Positions 38,159-48,800 of a stretch of 64,000 nucleotides of DNA are shown in pieces; the stretch's first letter is position 1, and each line of letters begins with the position of its first letter. The DNA is taken from NCBI GenBank assembly GCA_963664875.1, contig OY761611.1:3040001-3104000 (forward strand), in the 5' to 3' direction. The notes below the pieces were generated by a model that ran no database searches, was not told the origin of the DNA, and saw only the letters and a list, made by a program, of their open reading frames with translations. The position numbers and the translations under genes were made by a program. Source of the DNA: Candidatus Kapaibacterium sp. Its GTDB lineage: Bacteria; Bacteroidota; Ignavibacteria; Kapaibacteriales; UBA2268.

Positions 38159-39536
38159 AATTAACTCTTGTAGTGAAGACTGATGTAAAAATCAAAGATA
38201 CTAAAATACCCGGCAACATTGCTTCTATTCCTTCTGCAAAGCCGACAGACATCTCCAACAATACCATCCAGATTAAAGATGCTGAAGAGCCGGCAAGCAT
38301 TACCATAGATGCGTGTTTTGCTTTTATTTGATATTTGCTGCTGAAGCTGATTAGCAGCGGAAGTAAAAGTCCGGGTACAGCTATGCTGCTTGTTTTATAA
38401 ATCAAATCGATTACAGACGGCAGTGCAGTTGCCAATAAGATACTTAAAACAGCAGTCAGTACCAGACCAAGTTGTGTAAGCTTTTGTGTACTTATGTGCT
38501 GTAAAGAACGCATTTTTTTAAGTAGATCATTGCCGATTGTCGTAGCACTAAGAAACGCATAGCTATCGAGTGTTGACATCACAGTCGCAATCAGAGCAGT
38601 AATAAATACGCCTTTCCATATTGGAGGCAAAACTGACTCTGCTAAAGTCGGATAAGCCATAAGTGGATTATCTATTACAAAAAATGCTTTCGCATAGAGT
38701 CCTGTGCTTAATGTCATTGCATCAAAAATCATCCAAAAAAGAACAGAAATCAATATCCCGTTTCTGGCTACATTTGGTGTTTTTGCTGCAGCACAACGTT
38801 GATGGAAACCGGGATCAATAAACGTCTGTAGAGAGATAATAAACCACACAAAAACGTACTGCCATGAGTTTCCGCCCGTTGGATCCAAATGTGTCTCCGG
38901 AAGTTTGTTAGTCAGCTCAAACACGCTTCCGTAGCTTGAGTATGAGAAAAACAATAAAGCTGCGAATCCTACATACATAACTATAAACTGAGCAAAATTT
39001 GTACGTATATCTGCTTTTAATCCGCCTGTATAGATATAGACAAGAGAAATCATAGCTCCGAGTATAATCGAATTAACTAAGCCCCATCCGGTAAACATAT
39101 CTATTATAACGCCGAGCATAAGAATATAAGAAGCGGGGAGAGTAATAATAAGAACAATCACAGAAGCCACTGTTCCCGCTATGTTACCGTATTTTGAGGA
39201 AATTTGATCTGGTATAGTCAGAATATTTGAATTACGTATCTTTTTTGCAATCAGTAGAGCGAATAGAGTAGCTGAAATATAATATGGCAAGGCAAAGCAC
39301 ACCCATGCAAGTATTCCCGAGTTATAGACAAATTCGCCTACTCCGAGTATGCTTCCGTACCATGTAGCAACTAAAGTACCCACAAAAAATGGCAGAGTTA
39401 CTTTTCTCCCTGCCAGTATAAAGTTTTCTGTACTATCTTTATCGTCTTTATCGGACTTTGACGAGCGAAACCCTATAAATAATACTACTATCACATAAAG
39501 GGCTATTACTGCCAAGTCTGCTATTGAAGGTGTCAT
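38148..39536 (-). CDS. Sodium:solute symporter family protein
   Basis: FILAGRK, YTGGLKADI.T, QRC.AAK and ATVMSTLDS motifs; many transmembrane segments. Confidence 0.9.
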   Translation of the reverse strand: MTPSIADLAVIALYVIVVLFIGFRSSKSDKDDKDSTENFILAGRKVTLPFFVGTLVATWYGSILGVGEFVYNSGILAWVCFALPYYISATLFALLIAKKIRNSNILTIPDQISSKYGNIAGTVASVIVLIITLPASYILMLGVIIDMFTGWGLVNSIILGAMISLVYIYTGGLKADIRTNFAQFIVMYVGFAALLFFSYSSYGSVFELTNKLPETHLDPTGGNSWQYVFVWFIISLQTFIDPGFHQRCAAAKTPNVARNGILISVLFWMIFDAMTLSTGLYAKAFFVIDNPLMAYPTLAESVLPPIWKGVFITALIATVMSTLDSYAFLSATTIGNDLLKKMRSLQHISTQKLTQLGLVLTAVLSILLATALPSVIDLIYKTSSIAVPGLLLPLLISFSSKYQIKAKHASMVMLAGSSASLIWMVLLEMSVGFAEGIEAMLPGILVSLIFTSVFTTRVNYEQ

Positions 39537-39620
39537 AGTCTATTTTCAAATTGTTTTTGACAAGGTTTGAATAAATCTGTTTATTCACAAAAGAACAGAA
39601 GCCATTATCTTATTGCGCCT

Positions 39621-40541
39621 TTACAATGCTTCTTTAAATGCATTAACAGTTAGTTCCATGCCTTCGTCAAATGCCATTTTTGGAGACCAGCCGTGCATTT
39701 TTTCATATTTAGAGTAAGAGCAGACACTTCTTCTTTGTTCACCGGCTTTTGCAGGGCCATGATACTCTTCGCAGTTACTTCCGGTTAGTTCTTTCAGACG
39801 ACGGAAAATGTGATTAACGTTAGTTTCCACTCCTGTGGTTACGTTGTAAATACCATTTACAGCTTCGTCCAATGCTTTTAAGTTTGCAGCAACTACATCT
39901 TCTATGTAGATATAATCTCTTGTAATTAGGCCATCGCCGTTAATTATCGGTTGCTCTCCGGCAAGCATTTTATTTATAAATATAGCGACAACACCAGCCT
40001 CACCGTGAGGATTTTGTCTTGCTCCATAAACGTTGCCATACCTTAAAACAACTCTGTCTATACCGTAAACAGACTGGTAATAGAAGAGATAATGCTCCGT
40101 GCTCAATTTTGAGATACCATAAGGCGAGCAAGGTGCTTTCCTATCTTCTTCTTCAGCAGGGAATTTTTCCTGTTCACCGTAGATTGTACCACCTGAGGAA
40201 GCAAATATAATTTTCTTTATACCGGATTTGCGGGCAGCTTCAAAAATATTGATACTGCCTATAATATTTGTATTAGCGTCAAATTTTGGATCATCAACAG
40301 ATACTCTTACGTTCATCTGTGCTGCATGGTGGCTGACTATGTCAAATTTTTCTTTTTCAAAAATTTCAGAGATGTTGTTATCATTAATATCAGCAGTGAT
40401 AACATTAGCTTCAGGATTGATGTTCTCTTTTTTGCCTGAAGAAAAATTATCAAGCACAGTAACTTTATGTCCCAATTTTATATAAGCGTCAACTATATGA
40501 GAGCCTATAAAGCCGGCTCCGCCGGTTACTAATATTTTCAT
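39621..40541 (-). CDS. NAD-dependent epimerase/dehydratase (UDP-glucose 4-epimerase-like)
   Basis: MKILVTGGAGFIGSH, SSGG..YG, YGISK, RYGNVYG.RQ and TRDYIY motifs. Confidence 0.9.
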   Translation of the reverse strand: MKILVTGGAGFIGSHIVDAYIKLGHKVTVLDNFSSGKKENINPEANVITADINDNNISEIFEKEKFDIVSHHAAQMNVRVSVDDPKFDANTNIIGSINIFEAARKSGIKKIIFASSGGTIYGEQEKFPAEEEDRKAPCSPYGISKLSTEHYLFYYQSVYGIDRVVLRYGNVYGARQNPHGEAGVVAIFINKMLAGEQPIINGDGLITRDYIYIEDVVAANLKALDEAVNGIYNVTTGVETNVNHIFRRLKELTGSNCEEYHGPAKAGEQRRSVCSYSKYEKMHGWSPKMAFDEGMELTVNAFKEAL

Positions 40542-40758
40542 GGAATTACTCCGAGTATGCATTATTTTGATAATATAAAAATACAAAAAAAAGCACAAAA
40601 GTGTATATGTGCCTGCAAAAAAGACGTTTGCGAATAAGTATAACCGTAAGAGAGCGAAAAAAGCAAAAAAAAATTGTTAATCTAAGTTTAGTTTGACAAA
40701 AAAATTTCTTATTTTAATAGACGAGATGCAATTATAAACAAAAAAAGCAAACACACAC

Positions 40759-41529
40759 ATGCATTACACCATGCCTATAACCCAAAGGTTAAAAAAACTA
40801 ATAAAATCTCTACATCAGAAACAATTCAGAGATCAGAATGATTTGTTTGTAGCAGAAGGTCAAAGGTTGTGCGAAGAAATTATCGACAGCGATTTTCAGG
40901 CAGAGCTTGTTGTGATAAAAGATTCTCCTACTCAGGAAATCACAGAAATTGTAGATCACTTTGCAGATAAAGGGGTGCCGGTCTATACTGCACCTAAGCA
41001 TCAATTTGATCAGATATGCCATACAAAAACACCCCAGGGCATCATCACGGTCGTTAATATCAAAAAACCTGTGCTGCTTCCCGATGAGCCGTTTCTTGCT
41101 CTCGACGCAGTCGCTGACCCCGGTAATATCGGAACAATCATCCGTACTGCCAACTGGTTTGGCATCAAACAAATAATACTCGGTAGAGATTGTGCTGATA
41201 AGTTCAATCCCAAAACTGTTCGTTCCACAATGGGGGCAATTTTCAAAACACAGGTGCATCACACTCATGATTTGCCCGGATTTGTGAAAGAAAATTTTCC
41301 AAAGCACCAATTGTTAGGAGCGAGCGTCAATACTAAGACAGATTTAGAATCTTTGGATTTTAAAAACGAGAAGCTATACGGAGTGTTTTTCGGAAACGAG
41401 GCTAATGGGCTTTCAGAAGAATCTCTCGCTATATTGGATCATGAGTTCATTATTCCCGGAATTGGCAATCAGGAATCATTAAATGTTGCGGTTTCAGTTG
41501 GTATTTCTCTTTACCATCTGACTAAGTAA
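40759..41529 (+). CDS. TrmH/SpoU family RNA methyltransferase
   Basis: F.AEG, TPQG, DPGNIGTIIRTA, GNEANG and ESLNVAVS motifs. Confidence 0.92.
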   Translation: MHYTMPITQRLKKLIKSLHQKQFRDQNDLFVAEGQRLCEEIIDSDFQAELVVIKDSPTQEITEIVDHFADKGVPVYTAPKHQFDQICHTKTPQGIITVVNIKKPVLLPDEPFLALDAVADPGNIGTIIRTANWFGIKQIILGRDCADKFNPKTVRSTMGAIFKTQVHHTHDLPGFVKENFPKHQLLGASVNTKTDLESLDFKNEKLYGVFFGNEANGLSEESLAILDHEFIIPGIGNQESLNVAVSVGISLYHLTK

Positions 41530-41663
41530 TATCCAAACAAAGTTTAGGTTAAAATCGACGTTAAATGATATTAATAGCTATTGAGTTTGGCGTGCTTTTC
41601 GTAAATTAACAAAACAAACTAGTTCTTTACGAAATTTATCAAACATTGTTTCAGGATTTAAGT

Positions 41664-42350
41664 ATGGTTTTAGAAACTGTCTTAAAACTTCTGCTAATAG
41701 CTATTCTAAGCTATCTTGCAGGAGCTATTCCATCAGCAGTATGGATAAGTAAAAGATTTTTCGGTTTCGACATTAGAGAAAAAGGCAGCGGCAATATGGG
41801 AAGCACAAATGCTTTCCGGGTTTTGGGTTGGAAATGGGGACTTACAGTCCAGATAATGGATTTGCTCAAAGGCGTTTTTGCAGTTGTTGTTGTAGCAGGC
41901 TTTCTTGGAGAAGGGCTTGCAATCCCGAATGCTACTTCTTTTGAAGATATAACACTGATTAGAATAGGTGCAGGTATGCTTGCAGTTGTTGGGCATATTT
42001 GGACTTGCTTCGCCGGCTTTAAAGGCGGAAAAGGCATCAACACTGCTGCCGGTATGCTGATTGGACTTGCTCCCATTGATGTCAGTATTGCTCTTGGCAT
42101 ATTTCTTATTGCAGTAGTCCTTTCAGGATACATTTCTCTTGGTTCTATTATGGCTGCTTTTACAGTGCCATCGTCTATGTTTGTCAGATATAATTTCCTA
42201 CATATAGATATTCCGGGTTACCAGCAGTTGATTTATTTTTGTCTTGCCTTATTTGTTCTTGTTGTGTTTACGCATAGAGCAAATATCAAAAGATTGCTTC
42301 AGGGCAACGAAAATCGATTCAAAAAACTACAAATATTTCATAAAAGTTAG
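41664..42350 (+). CDS. plsY: Glycerol-3-phosphate acyltransferase PlsY
   Basis: SYLAGAIP, DIREKGSGNMGSTN, GH....F.GFKGGKG and HRANIKRL..G.E motifs. Confidence 0.95.
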   Translation: MVLETVLKLLLIAILSYLAGAIPSAVWISKRFFGFDIREKGSGNMGSTNAFRVLGWKWGLTVQIMDLLKGVFAVVVVAGFLGEGLAIPNATSFEDITLIRIGAGMLAVVGHIWTCFAGFKGGKGINTAAGMLIGLAPIDVSIALGIFLIAVVLSGYISLGSIMAAFTVPSSMFVRYNFLHIDIPGYQQLIYFCLALFVLVVFTHRANIKRLLQGNENRFKKLQIFHKS

Positions 42351-42358
42351 TTGACCTT

Positions 42359-43372
42359 TTGGGAGTATCAGATAAGTTGAAGAAAATTACAGTAATTGGA
42401 GCCGGAGGCTGGGGCACTGCACTTGCCTCCGTGCTTGCAAAAAACGGAAATAATGTCGATCTTTGGACTCATGAGCTTAGCGTAGTACAGGAAATTTCCG
42501 ACACTCGTACCAATAATACATACCTCCCCGGCGTAGTGCTTTCTGAAAAGATTACTGCTACCAATGACATCAAAGGCATTGACAATGCGAATATAATAAT
42601 AAATGCAGTGCCTACAAAGTTTATCAGAAGCTTATACCACGAGATGAAAGTTGATTTTTCTAAAAAAATCATAATAAACGCATCTAAAGGTATCGAGCAA
42701 AGCACTTCTTTTAGAATTTCTCAAATATTTAATGATGCCTGTGGCGTAGATTTCCATAATTATATAGCACTGACAGGACCTTCGCATGCTGAGGAAGTTG
42801 TGCGAGATGTACCTACTACCGTTATTGCTGCTTCGATTGATCACGATAAAGCACTTTACGTTCAGGAACTTCTCTCTACACCTACTTTTAGAATTTACAC
42901 ATCAGATGATTTGATTGGTGCAGAGATTGGTGGTGCAATTAAAAATGTAATTGCTATTGCTGCAGGGATTATAGACGGCTTAGGCATGGGTGACAACACC
43001 AAAGCTGCTCTTATTACTCGTGGATTAGCTGAAATGAGCAGAATCGGAGATGAAATGGGTGCAGATATCAGAACCTTTTCCGGCCTCTCCGGTTTGGGAG
43101 ATTTGTTTGTAACCTGCAACTCCAAACACAGCCGCAATAGATCAGTTGGTGAAAGAATCGGGAAAGGGGAAAAATACTCTGATATAGCCAATACTATGAA
43201 AATGGTTGCTGAAGGTGTATTTACTACCAGAGCTGTTGTAGAGCTATGTGAAAAATTGGAAGTTGAAATGCCTATTGCAGAGCAAATCAATAAAATTCTT
43301 TTTGATGAAAAATGCCCCAAAGATGCAATTCGCGATTTGATGCAAAGAGAATATAAAAAGGAATGGTGGTAA
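42359..43372 (+). CDS. gpsA: NAD(P)H-dependent glycerol-3-phosphate dehydrogenase
   Basis: GAGGWGTAL, SKGIE, GPSHAEEV, KNVIAIAAG and GLGDL.VTC.S.HSRN motifs. Confidence 0.96.
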   Translation: MGVSDKLKKITVIGAGGWGTALASVLAKNGNNVDLWTHELSVVQEISDTRTNNTYLPGVVLSEKITATNDIKGIDNANIIINAVPTKFIRSLYHEMKVDFSKKIIINASKGIEQSTSFRISQIFNDACGVDFHNYIALTGPSHAEEVVRDVPTTVIAASIDHDKALYVQELLSTPTFRIYTSDDLIGAEIGGAIKNVIAIAAGIIDGLGMGDNTKAALITRGLAEMSRIGDEMGADIRTFSGLSGLGDLFVTCNSKHSRNRSVGERIGKGEKYSDIANTMKMVAEGVFTTRAVVELCEKLEVEMPIAEQINKILFDEKCPKDAIRDLMQREYKKEWW

Positions 43373-43380
43373 GGTTTTTT

Positions 43381-44571
43381 TTATCCATTCCTTTTTTTTA
43401 GATACTCTATAATTGAAAATATGCCATAGCCTGCCAACGGTAGCATCCAATATTTCATCATTGTCTGATATCTTGGGATACTGAAAAAGATAAAAGCAAC
43501 AATGCTGTGGTAAACCAGCATGGAGAATATTAAGCTATTTTCTTTGAATTTTGTACGAATGATGCCTATAATTGATGCAGCTAAGTATAGTAACCAAGGC
43601 AGGATATAAACTATTTGAGAAGTCATACCGGAGTAAGGGTAATAAACCCATAGATGAATTACTTTTTCGAAGCCGGATAAAAATGAAGACATTGGCTTTT
43701 CTGATATCCTTTTGAGTGCTTCCTGCTTATGCAAATCAATATAATCTAATTCGTACTTCTCAGAAAATTTTAGTTCAGCTTTCAATGAATCCATTCTGTC
43801 ATCAGCCCAAGCACCCGGATAAAGTGAGTTATGTCCTCGGTAGAGATTTATTCCAAAATTTGTAGTGAACGGAATAAACTTATCCAAAACTATATAGTTT
43901 CTTACAGTCCAGGGAGCCACAATCGACAAGGAAATTGCTATGTATAGCAGTGCATATTTTATTGAGGAACGCTTTAAAACAAAAAAAGAAAGAATCAAAA
44001 CTAACAGTGCAACTTCTGATCTGAATAAAATGGCTATACCTGAAAGTAACCCTAGTTTTGTGATTTCTTTTACGGAAAATTTGCTGTCTTTCGAAAACAT
44101 TAACAGCACTAATGCTATGAATAAATGATAGAAATTAGTAGTCACGGCAGTGGAAGAAGAAAAAATAAATTCAGGGAAAAGGGCTGCAAGCCCGGCTGCA
44201 AACAGAGCTGCCTTTTCGTTGAACTTGTTAGATGTGGCTTTATAAATTATAACAACAGATATTGCCGCTATTATGTGATTGGCTAACAGATACACAATAT
44301 TTCTGATTATCTCGCTTTTAATCAGAAAAAACGGAACTGTATAAAACACAGCTCCGACAGGCATATAAGCACCAACTGCAAATTCATTAGAATTGGAAGG
44401 ATTAGCAAAAAACGAAAAGCCTTTACCGGCTAATATGTTTTCAGCCATAATTCCATATTCGTAATAGTTTATGTTTTCGAAACTATTAAGAATGAAAGAA
44501 GCTGCAATTCTCACAAAAAATGCAATGCAAAATAAAATTAGGCTTTTTTTACTTATATCTTTTATTTTCAT
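43381..44571 (-). CDS. Membrane glycosyltransferase, ArnT/PMT (GT-C) family
   Basis: Multi-transmembrane protein; A.NIL.GKGF, APWTVRNY, NFGINLY.G and PRY motifs. Start taken at MKIKD (44571). Confidence 0.75.
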   Translation of the reverse strand: MKIKDISKKSLILFCIAFFVRIAASFILNSFENINYYEYGIMAENILAGKGFSFFANPSNSNEFAVGAYMPVGAVFYTVPFFLIKSEIIRNIVYLLANHIIAAISVVIIYKATSNKFNEKAALFAAGLAALFPEFIFSSSTAVTTNFYHLFIALVLLMFSKDSKFSVKEITKLGLLSGIAILFRSEVALLVLILSFFVLKRSSIKYALLYIAISLSIVAPWTVRNYIVLDKFIPFTTNFGINLYRGHNSLYPGAWADDRMDSLKAELKFSEKYELDYIDLHKQEALKRISEKPMSSFLSGFEKVIHLWVYYPYSGMTSQIVYILPWLLYLAASIIGIIRTKFKENSLIFSMLVYHSIVAFIFFSIPRYQTMMKYWMLPLAGYGIFSIIEYLKKRNG

Positions 44572-44629
44572 CTGCTTTAGATTATTTTGTATTCTAAGAT
44601 TATTTAATTTACAATTATTGTTGCGAATA

Positions 44630-45982
44630 ATGAAGACAAAAAAGATATTTGTCTGCACCGAATGCGGTGCAAAATCTCCAAGATGGATTGGGAAATGTCC
44701 CGAATGTAATTCATGGAACTCTTATGTAGAACAAACAGAGACTAAAAGTTCTTCATCTTCCGTCTCACGTCAGCAGTCGGACTCAAAAATTTACAAATTG
44801 GCAGACGTACCTACCGAAGAGAATTACAGGATATCTACCGGTATCAAAGAGCTTGATAGGGTGCTTGGAGGAGGCATTATCCCGGGTTCAATAGTCTTAG
44901 CGGGAGGCGATCCGGGAATTGGCAAATCAACTCTAATGTTACAGATGTGTGGCGGTATCAAAGAGTTTGCACCGCTATATGTAACAGGCGAAGAGTCATT
45001 GCAGCAAATCAAGTTCAGGGCAGCCCGCATCAAAGGAATAGATGAGGAAATGCTTATACTTGCAGAAACAAATCTTGAACAGATAATATATCATATTTCG
45101 TCTTCAGAAAGCCGGGTGATAATTGTAGATTCGATTCAGTCTATTCACTCAGAAAAAATCGAAGCCACTCCCGGCAGTGTTGTGCAGATTCGTGAATGTA
45201 CTTCTGCACTAATGCAGCTGGCAAAACAGACTAATAAAGCAATCTTTGTCATTGGTCATGTTACAAAAGAAGGTGTGATTGCCGGACCTAAAATACTTGA
45301 GCATATGGTGGATACAGTTTTGCAATTCGAAGGTGAAAAAACATACTCATACCGAATCCTTCGAGCAATTAAAAACAGATTTGGCTCGACCAATGAGATT
45401 GGAATATTTGACATGAGCGATGCAGGACTCAGAGAAGTAAGCAATCCTTCCGAAATATTTTTATCCTCGCGTGAAGTGCAAGAACCAGGGACATCTATCG
45501 TTGCAGCTATGGAAGGCTCTCGACCTTTGCTGCTCGAAGTGCAGGCTTTGGTTACTCCTACCAGCTATGGTGTTCCACAAAGAACCTCAAATGGATATGA
45601 TTCCCGTAGGCTTCAGATGGTGCTTGCTGTGCTCGAAAAAAGGCTCGGAGCTCAATTCCAAAAGAATGATGTTTTTGTCAATATCACTGGAGGCGTGTCT
45701 CTAAGTGATACATCAGTCGATTTGGGAGTAGCTGCCGCACTTATCAGTTCGCTAAGAGATCAGGCATTAGACGCAATGACAGTAATTATAGGTGAAATTG
45801 GATTAACAGGTGAGGTCAGGAGTGTCGCTAATTTAGAAAGAAGAATAGGCGAGTGCGAGAAACTCGGATTCAAATCTGTAATGATACCACAGAACAGTAT
45901 TAGTAAATTAAGCAAAAAATTTGATATTAAACTGTTACCAACTGCAAGAATATCTTTGGCATTATCAACTTTATTTGGCTAA
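44630..45982 (+). CDS. radA: DNA repair protein RadA/Sms
   Basis: CTECG..SPRWIGKCPEC zinc finger, GDPGIGKSTL Walker A, KNRFG motif. True start is ATG 44630. Confidence 0.96.
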   Translation: MKTKKIFVCTECGAKSPRWIGKCPECNSWNSYVEQTETKSSSSSVSRQQSDSKIYKLADVPTEENYRISTGIKELDRVLGGGIIPGSIVLAGGDPGIGKSTLMLQMCGGIKEFAPLYVTGEESLQQIKFRAARIKGIDEEMLILAETNLEQIIYHISSSESRVIIVDSIQSIHSEKIEATPGSVVQIRECTSALMQLAKQTNKAIFVIGHVTKEGVIAGPKILEHMVDTVLQFEGEKTYSYRILRAIKNRFGSTNEIGIFDMSDAGLREVSNPSEIFLSSREVQEPGTSIVAAMEGSRPLLLEVQALVTPTSYGVPQRTSNGYDSRRLQMVLAVLEKRLGAQFQKNDVFVNITGGVSLSDTSVDLGVAAALISSLRDQALDAMTVIIGEIGLTGEVRSVANLERRIGECEKLGFKSVMIPQNSISKLSKKFDIKLLPTARISLALSTLFG

Positions 45983-46089
45983 GATAGCATTTTTTTGATA
46001 TATTAGATTTACTTAGAGAAATAATATTTATTTCTTATTGTCTTAGTTTATACACTGAAGTAAATATCTCTGATATTTGGAATTTTATA

Positions 46090-47793
46090 ATGTTTGAACA
46101 AGTAATAGATAAAGAGAAAAAAAGCCTAACAGCTTCGATTAAAAAAGACACAAAACGGGTCTCTTTAGATAGTATAATAAACAGCAACATAAGCGAGGCA
46201 TACAAAAAGTACTTCCTTGCCGAGGTCAAATGGTGGATATACCAAGATAGAATTGTCAGAAGTAGTGGGAATTATTTTGAAATAACTCCTGAGATAAACA
46301 GCGAGTTTGATGCTCTTGATAAACTATACCTAAAAACCGCATATTTTAGCAAAGCTACATTGGCGAAAGTGATTGATTCTGCAGTAAAAGTAAGGCTTAA
46401 TATGCTTTGCCGACCTGTTACTGCTATGAAATGGTTTATTTATAGAGGCGAACCTACTCGGACTATAAAAGAAATAAATTGCAGGTTGGAGTATCTTTTT
46501 GATCATAACTACCTTGTTAGAGCGGTTAAGACTTGGATTGAAGAACAGCAATTTGATGAGAAGCAATCACTCACAGCAGCAGAGTTCGAAAATGCTGTAA
46601 GAGAAATGGATTCAAACCACTTTTTGGATATGGGACCTTCAGAATTTTATGATTTGTTAGTACCAATCTTTGACTTCTTCATAGTAACAGATGCTGATAA
46701 AATCCCTATCGAAGCTTTAATTGTTTTCTCTGATGACAAATCATTAGGTAAGCTTACTAAAACTCTTGAAAAGATGCTGTTCCGAGACAAGATAACCAGC
46801 ATTACAAAGCAGGAGCTAATCGATATTCTTACTGATTTATTTGACATCAAAGAATCTTCTGTCAGACCTGCTATGAGCAAAATGACTGCTCCTGACATCC
46901 CTGAATTTAAAGCACCAAAAAATCTTGGATCTCCTGTAACCGAAAAAGCAGATTCTGATACTTCAAAAGGACTCAACTTGTCTCCTGATGTTGCAGAAAC
47001 TATTGGCAAAACAGATAAAGATAGTTTAATTAAGCACCAACAGACAAATATTGAGGATGTCGCAAAAGAAGTGATAACTGAGCTCGATGACGAAGAGCAT
47101 GATTTAGATGCGCTTGCAGAGCTGGTGCTGCAAGACGAATCGATTTTCGATCAGAAGCATCAACGAAAAGAGTATAAAGCAATAACTGACGAAGATTTGG
47201 AAGAAGACGAGGAAGATTTGGATGATCTTCTATCCGAATTAGAAAGCACTATAAGCTCTTCTGAAAACAGCAATTCGTCTGATATGGGCAAAGCAGATTT
47301 GCCTTCTGATTTGAAAAACGAACTCTCAGCTCTTGTGTCAGACTTAGATTTTGCTACAGATTTAGATGATTTTGATATTGATAACAATGACTCAATTATC
47401 AATAAAGCTGATGACTTTGCAGATGAGTTGTCAGAGCTGGATGAAGCAGAAGAAGTCATTTCAGGATTTGCAGACGACAACAATTACAATCCTTCGAACG
47501 AACTTGATGCTTTAGAGCATGACCCCGACTGGGACGAAGTTGAAGATACTTTGAATGAGGAAGAAAATATGCAGGAAGAAAAATACATTCCACCCGCAGA
47601 AATAGGCTTGTCCGAAGAAACAATCGAAGAAATGCATAAGTTAGATGATTTTATTGTAAATCATAAAGAAGAGTTTGCTGCAGAAAAAACATATATAGAG
47701 TCTGATTTAGACTCTGATATTTTACTCGATGAGTTAGAAGGTAAGCATTTGATAACTATTAAAAATGATGAGGACGAAGACGAGATATTATGA
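46090..47793 (+). CDS. Hypothetical protein with helical N-terminal region and long acidic C-terminal region
   Basis: 567-aa ORF, extremely D/E-rich C-terminal half, ATGA overlap with obgE. Confidence 0.75.
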   Translation: MFEQVIDKEKKSLTASIKKDTKRVSLDSIINSNISEAYKKYFLAEVKWWIYQDRIVRSSGNYFEITPEINSEFDALDKLYLKTAYFSKATLAKVIDSAVKVRLNMLCRPVTAMKWFIYRGEPTRTIKEINCRLEYLFDHNYLVRAVKTWIEEQQFDEKQSLTAAEFENAVREMDSNHFLDMGPSEFYDLLVPIFDFFIVTDADKIPIEALIVFSDDKSLGKLTKTLEKMLFRDKITSITKQELIDILTDLFDIKESSVRPAMSKMTAPDIPEFKAPKNLGSPVTEKADSDTSKGLNLSPDVAETIGKTDKDSLIKHQQTNIEDVAKEVITELDDEEHDLDALAELVLQDESIFDQKHQRKEYKAITDEDLEEDEEDLDDLLSELESTISSSENSNSSDMGKADLPSDLKNELSALVSDLDFATDLDDFDIDNNDSIINKADDFADELSELDEAEEVISGFADDNNYNPSNELDALEHDPDWDEVEDTLNEEENMQEEKYIPPAEIGLSEETIEEMHKLDDFIVNHKEEFAAEKTYIESDLDSDILLDELEGKHLITIKNDEDEDEIL

Positions 47794-48782
47794 AATTTGT
47801 AGATTTAGCTCGAATATGGATAAGCTCCGGTAAAGGTGGCGATGGTGCAATAAGCTTTCGTAAAGAAAAGTTTGTTCCAAAAGGTGGACCTGATGGAGGA
47901 AACGGCGGAAGAGGCGGAGATGTTATTTTTCAGGTCAATCCACATCTTAACACTCTATTAGATTTTCAGTTTCAAAGAAAATATGTAGCTGAAGATGGTG
48001 CTGCCGGTGCAAGACAAAAAATGACCGGCAAAGATGGAGAAGATATTATTATTCAAGTACCGCTCGGTACTATTGTCAGAAATGCAGAGACAGGAGATAT
48101 TCTCGCAGATCTTTCCGAGCCGGATCAACGCGAGATTGTCGCGAAAGGCGGGAACGGTGGATTTGGTAATGCCGAATTCCCTACTCCTACGAATCAGGCT
48201 CCACGTTATGCTAAGCCGGGACTTCCCGGGCAGAGCTTCTATGTAGAATTAGAGCTCAAGCTTTTAGCTGACGTTGGAATTGTTGGGTTTCCTAATGCTG
48301 GCAAATCCACTTTGATAAGTGTCATATCTGCAGCAAAACCTAAGATAGCTGACTATCCGTTTACCACATTGATTCCTAATCTTGGTATAGTTAAAGTTGC
48401 TGAAGGCAAAACATTCTGCGTTGCTGACATACCGGGCTTGATAGAAGGTGCCTCTGAAGGCAAAGGTCTTGGCATCCAATTTTTGAGACATGTGGAAAGA
48501 ACTTCTGTTTTGTTATTCCTGATTGATGCTTGGAGCGAAGACCACCAACGTGAGTATGAGACGCTCTGGGAAGAACTTGAAAAATTTAATCCGGAAATTG
48601 TAACTAAAAAAAGTTTGATTTGTATATCTAAAGTCGATTCTTTCGAATCTGAATTACATGAAGAATTAGCTAACCTTGATTTGGGTAACGGCAGAAAGCC
48701 GGATATGCTGATTTCTTCTGTCTCAGGGGAAAATATCGAAGAATTGAAATGGAAACTTTGGAACGAAATACAATCTCTTTAA
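47790..48782 (+). CDS. obgE: GTPase ObgE/CgtA
   Basis: FVD, FRKEKFVPKGGPDGG, GFPNAGKS, YPFTT and DIPG motifs. Confidence 0.97.
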   Translation: MKFVDLARIWISSGKGGDGAISFRKEKFVPKGGPDGGNGGRGGDVIFQVNPHLNTLLDFQFQRKYVAEDGAAGARQKMTGKDGEDIIIQVPLGTIVRNAETGDILADLSEPDQREIVAKGGNGGFGNAEFPTPTNQAPRYAKPGLPGQSFYVELELKLLADVGIVGFPNAGKSTLISVISAAKPKIADYPFTTLIPNLGIVKVAEGKTFCVADIPGLIEGASEGKGLGIQFLRHVERTSVLLFLIDAWSEDHQREYETLWEELEKFNPEIVTKKSLICISKVDSFESELHEELANLDLGNGRKPDMLISSVSGENIEELKWKLWNEIQSL

Positions 48783-48800
48783 ATTATTATTAAGGTTCAA

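Noticed and set aside
44471-44658. Apparent head-to-head overlap of radA and the glycosyltransferase
   Set aside because: Artefact of longest-ORF calling. Realistic starts at 44630 and 44571 leave a 58-bp divergent gap.
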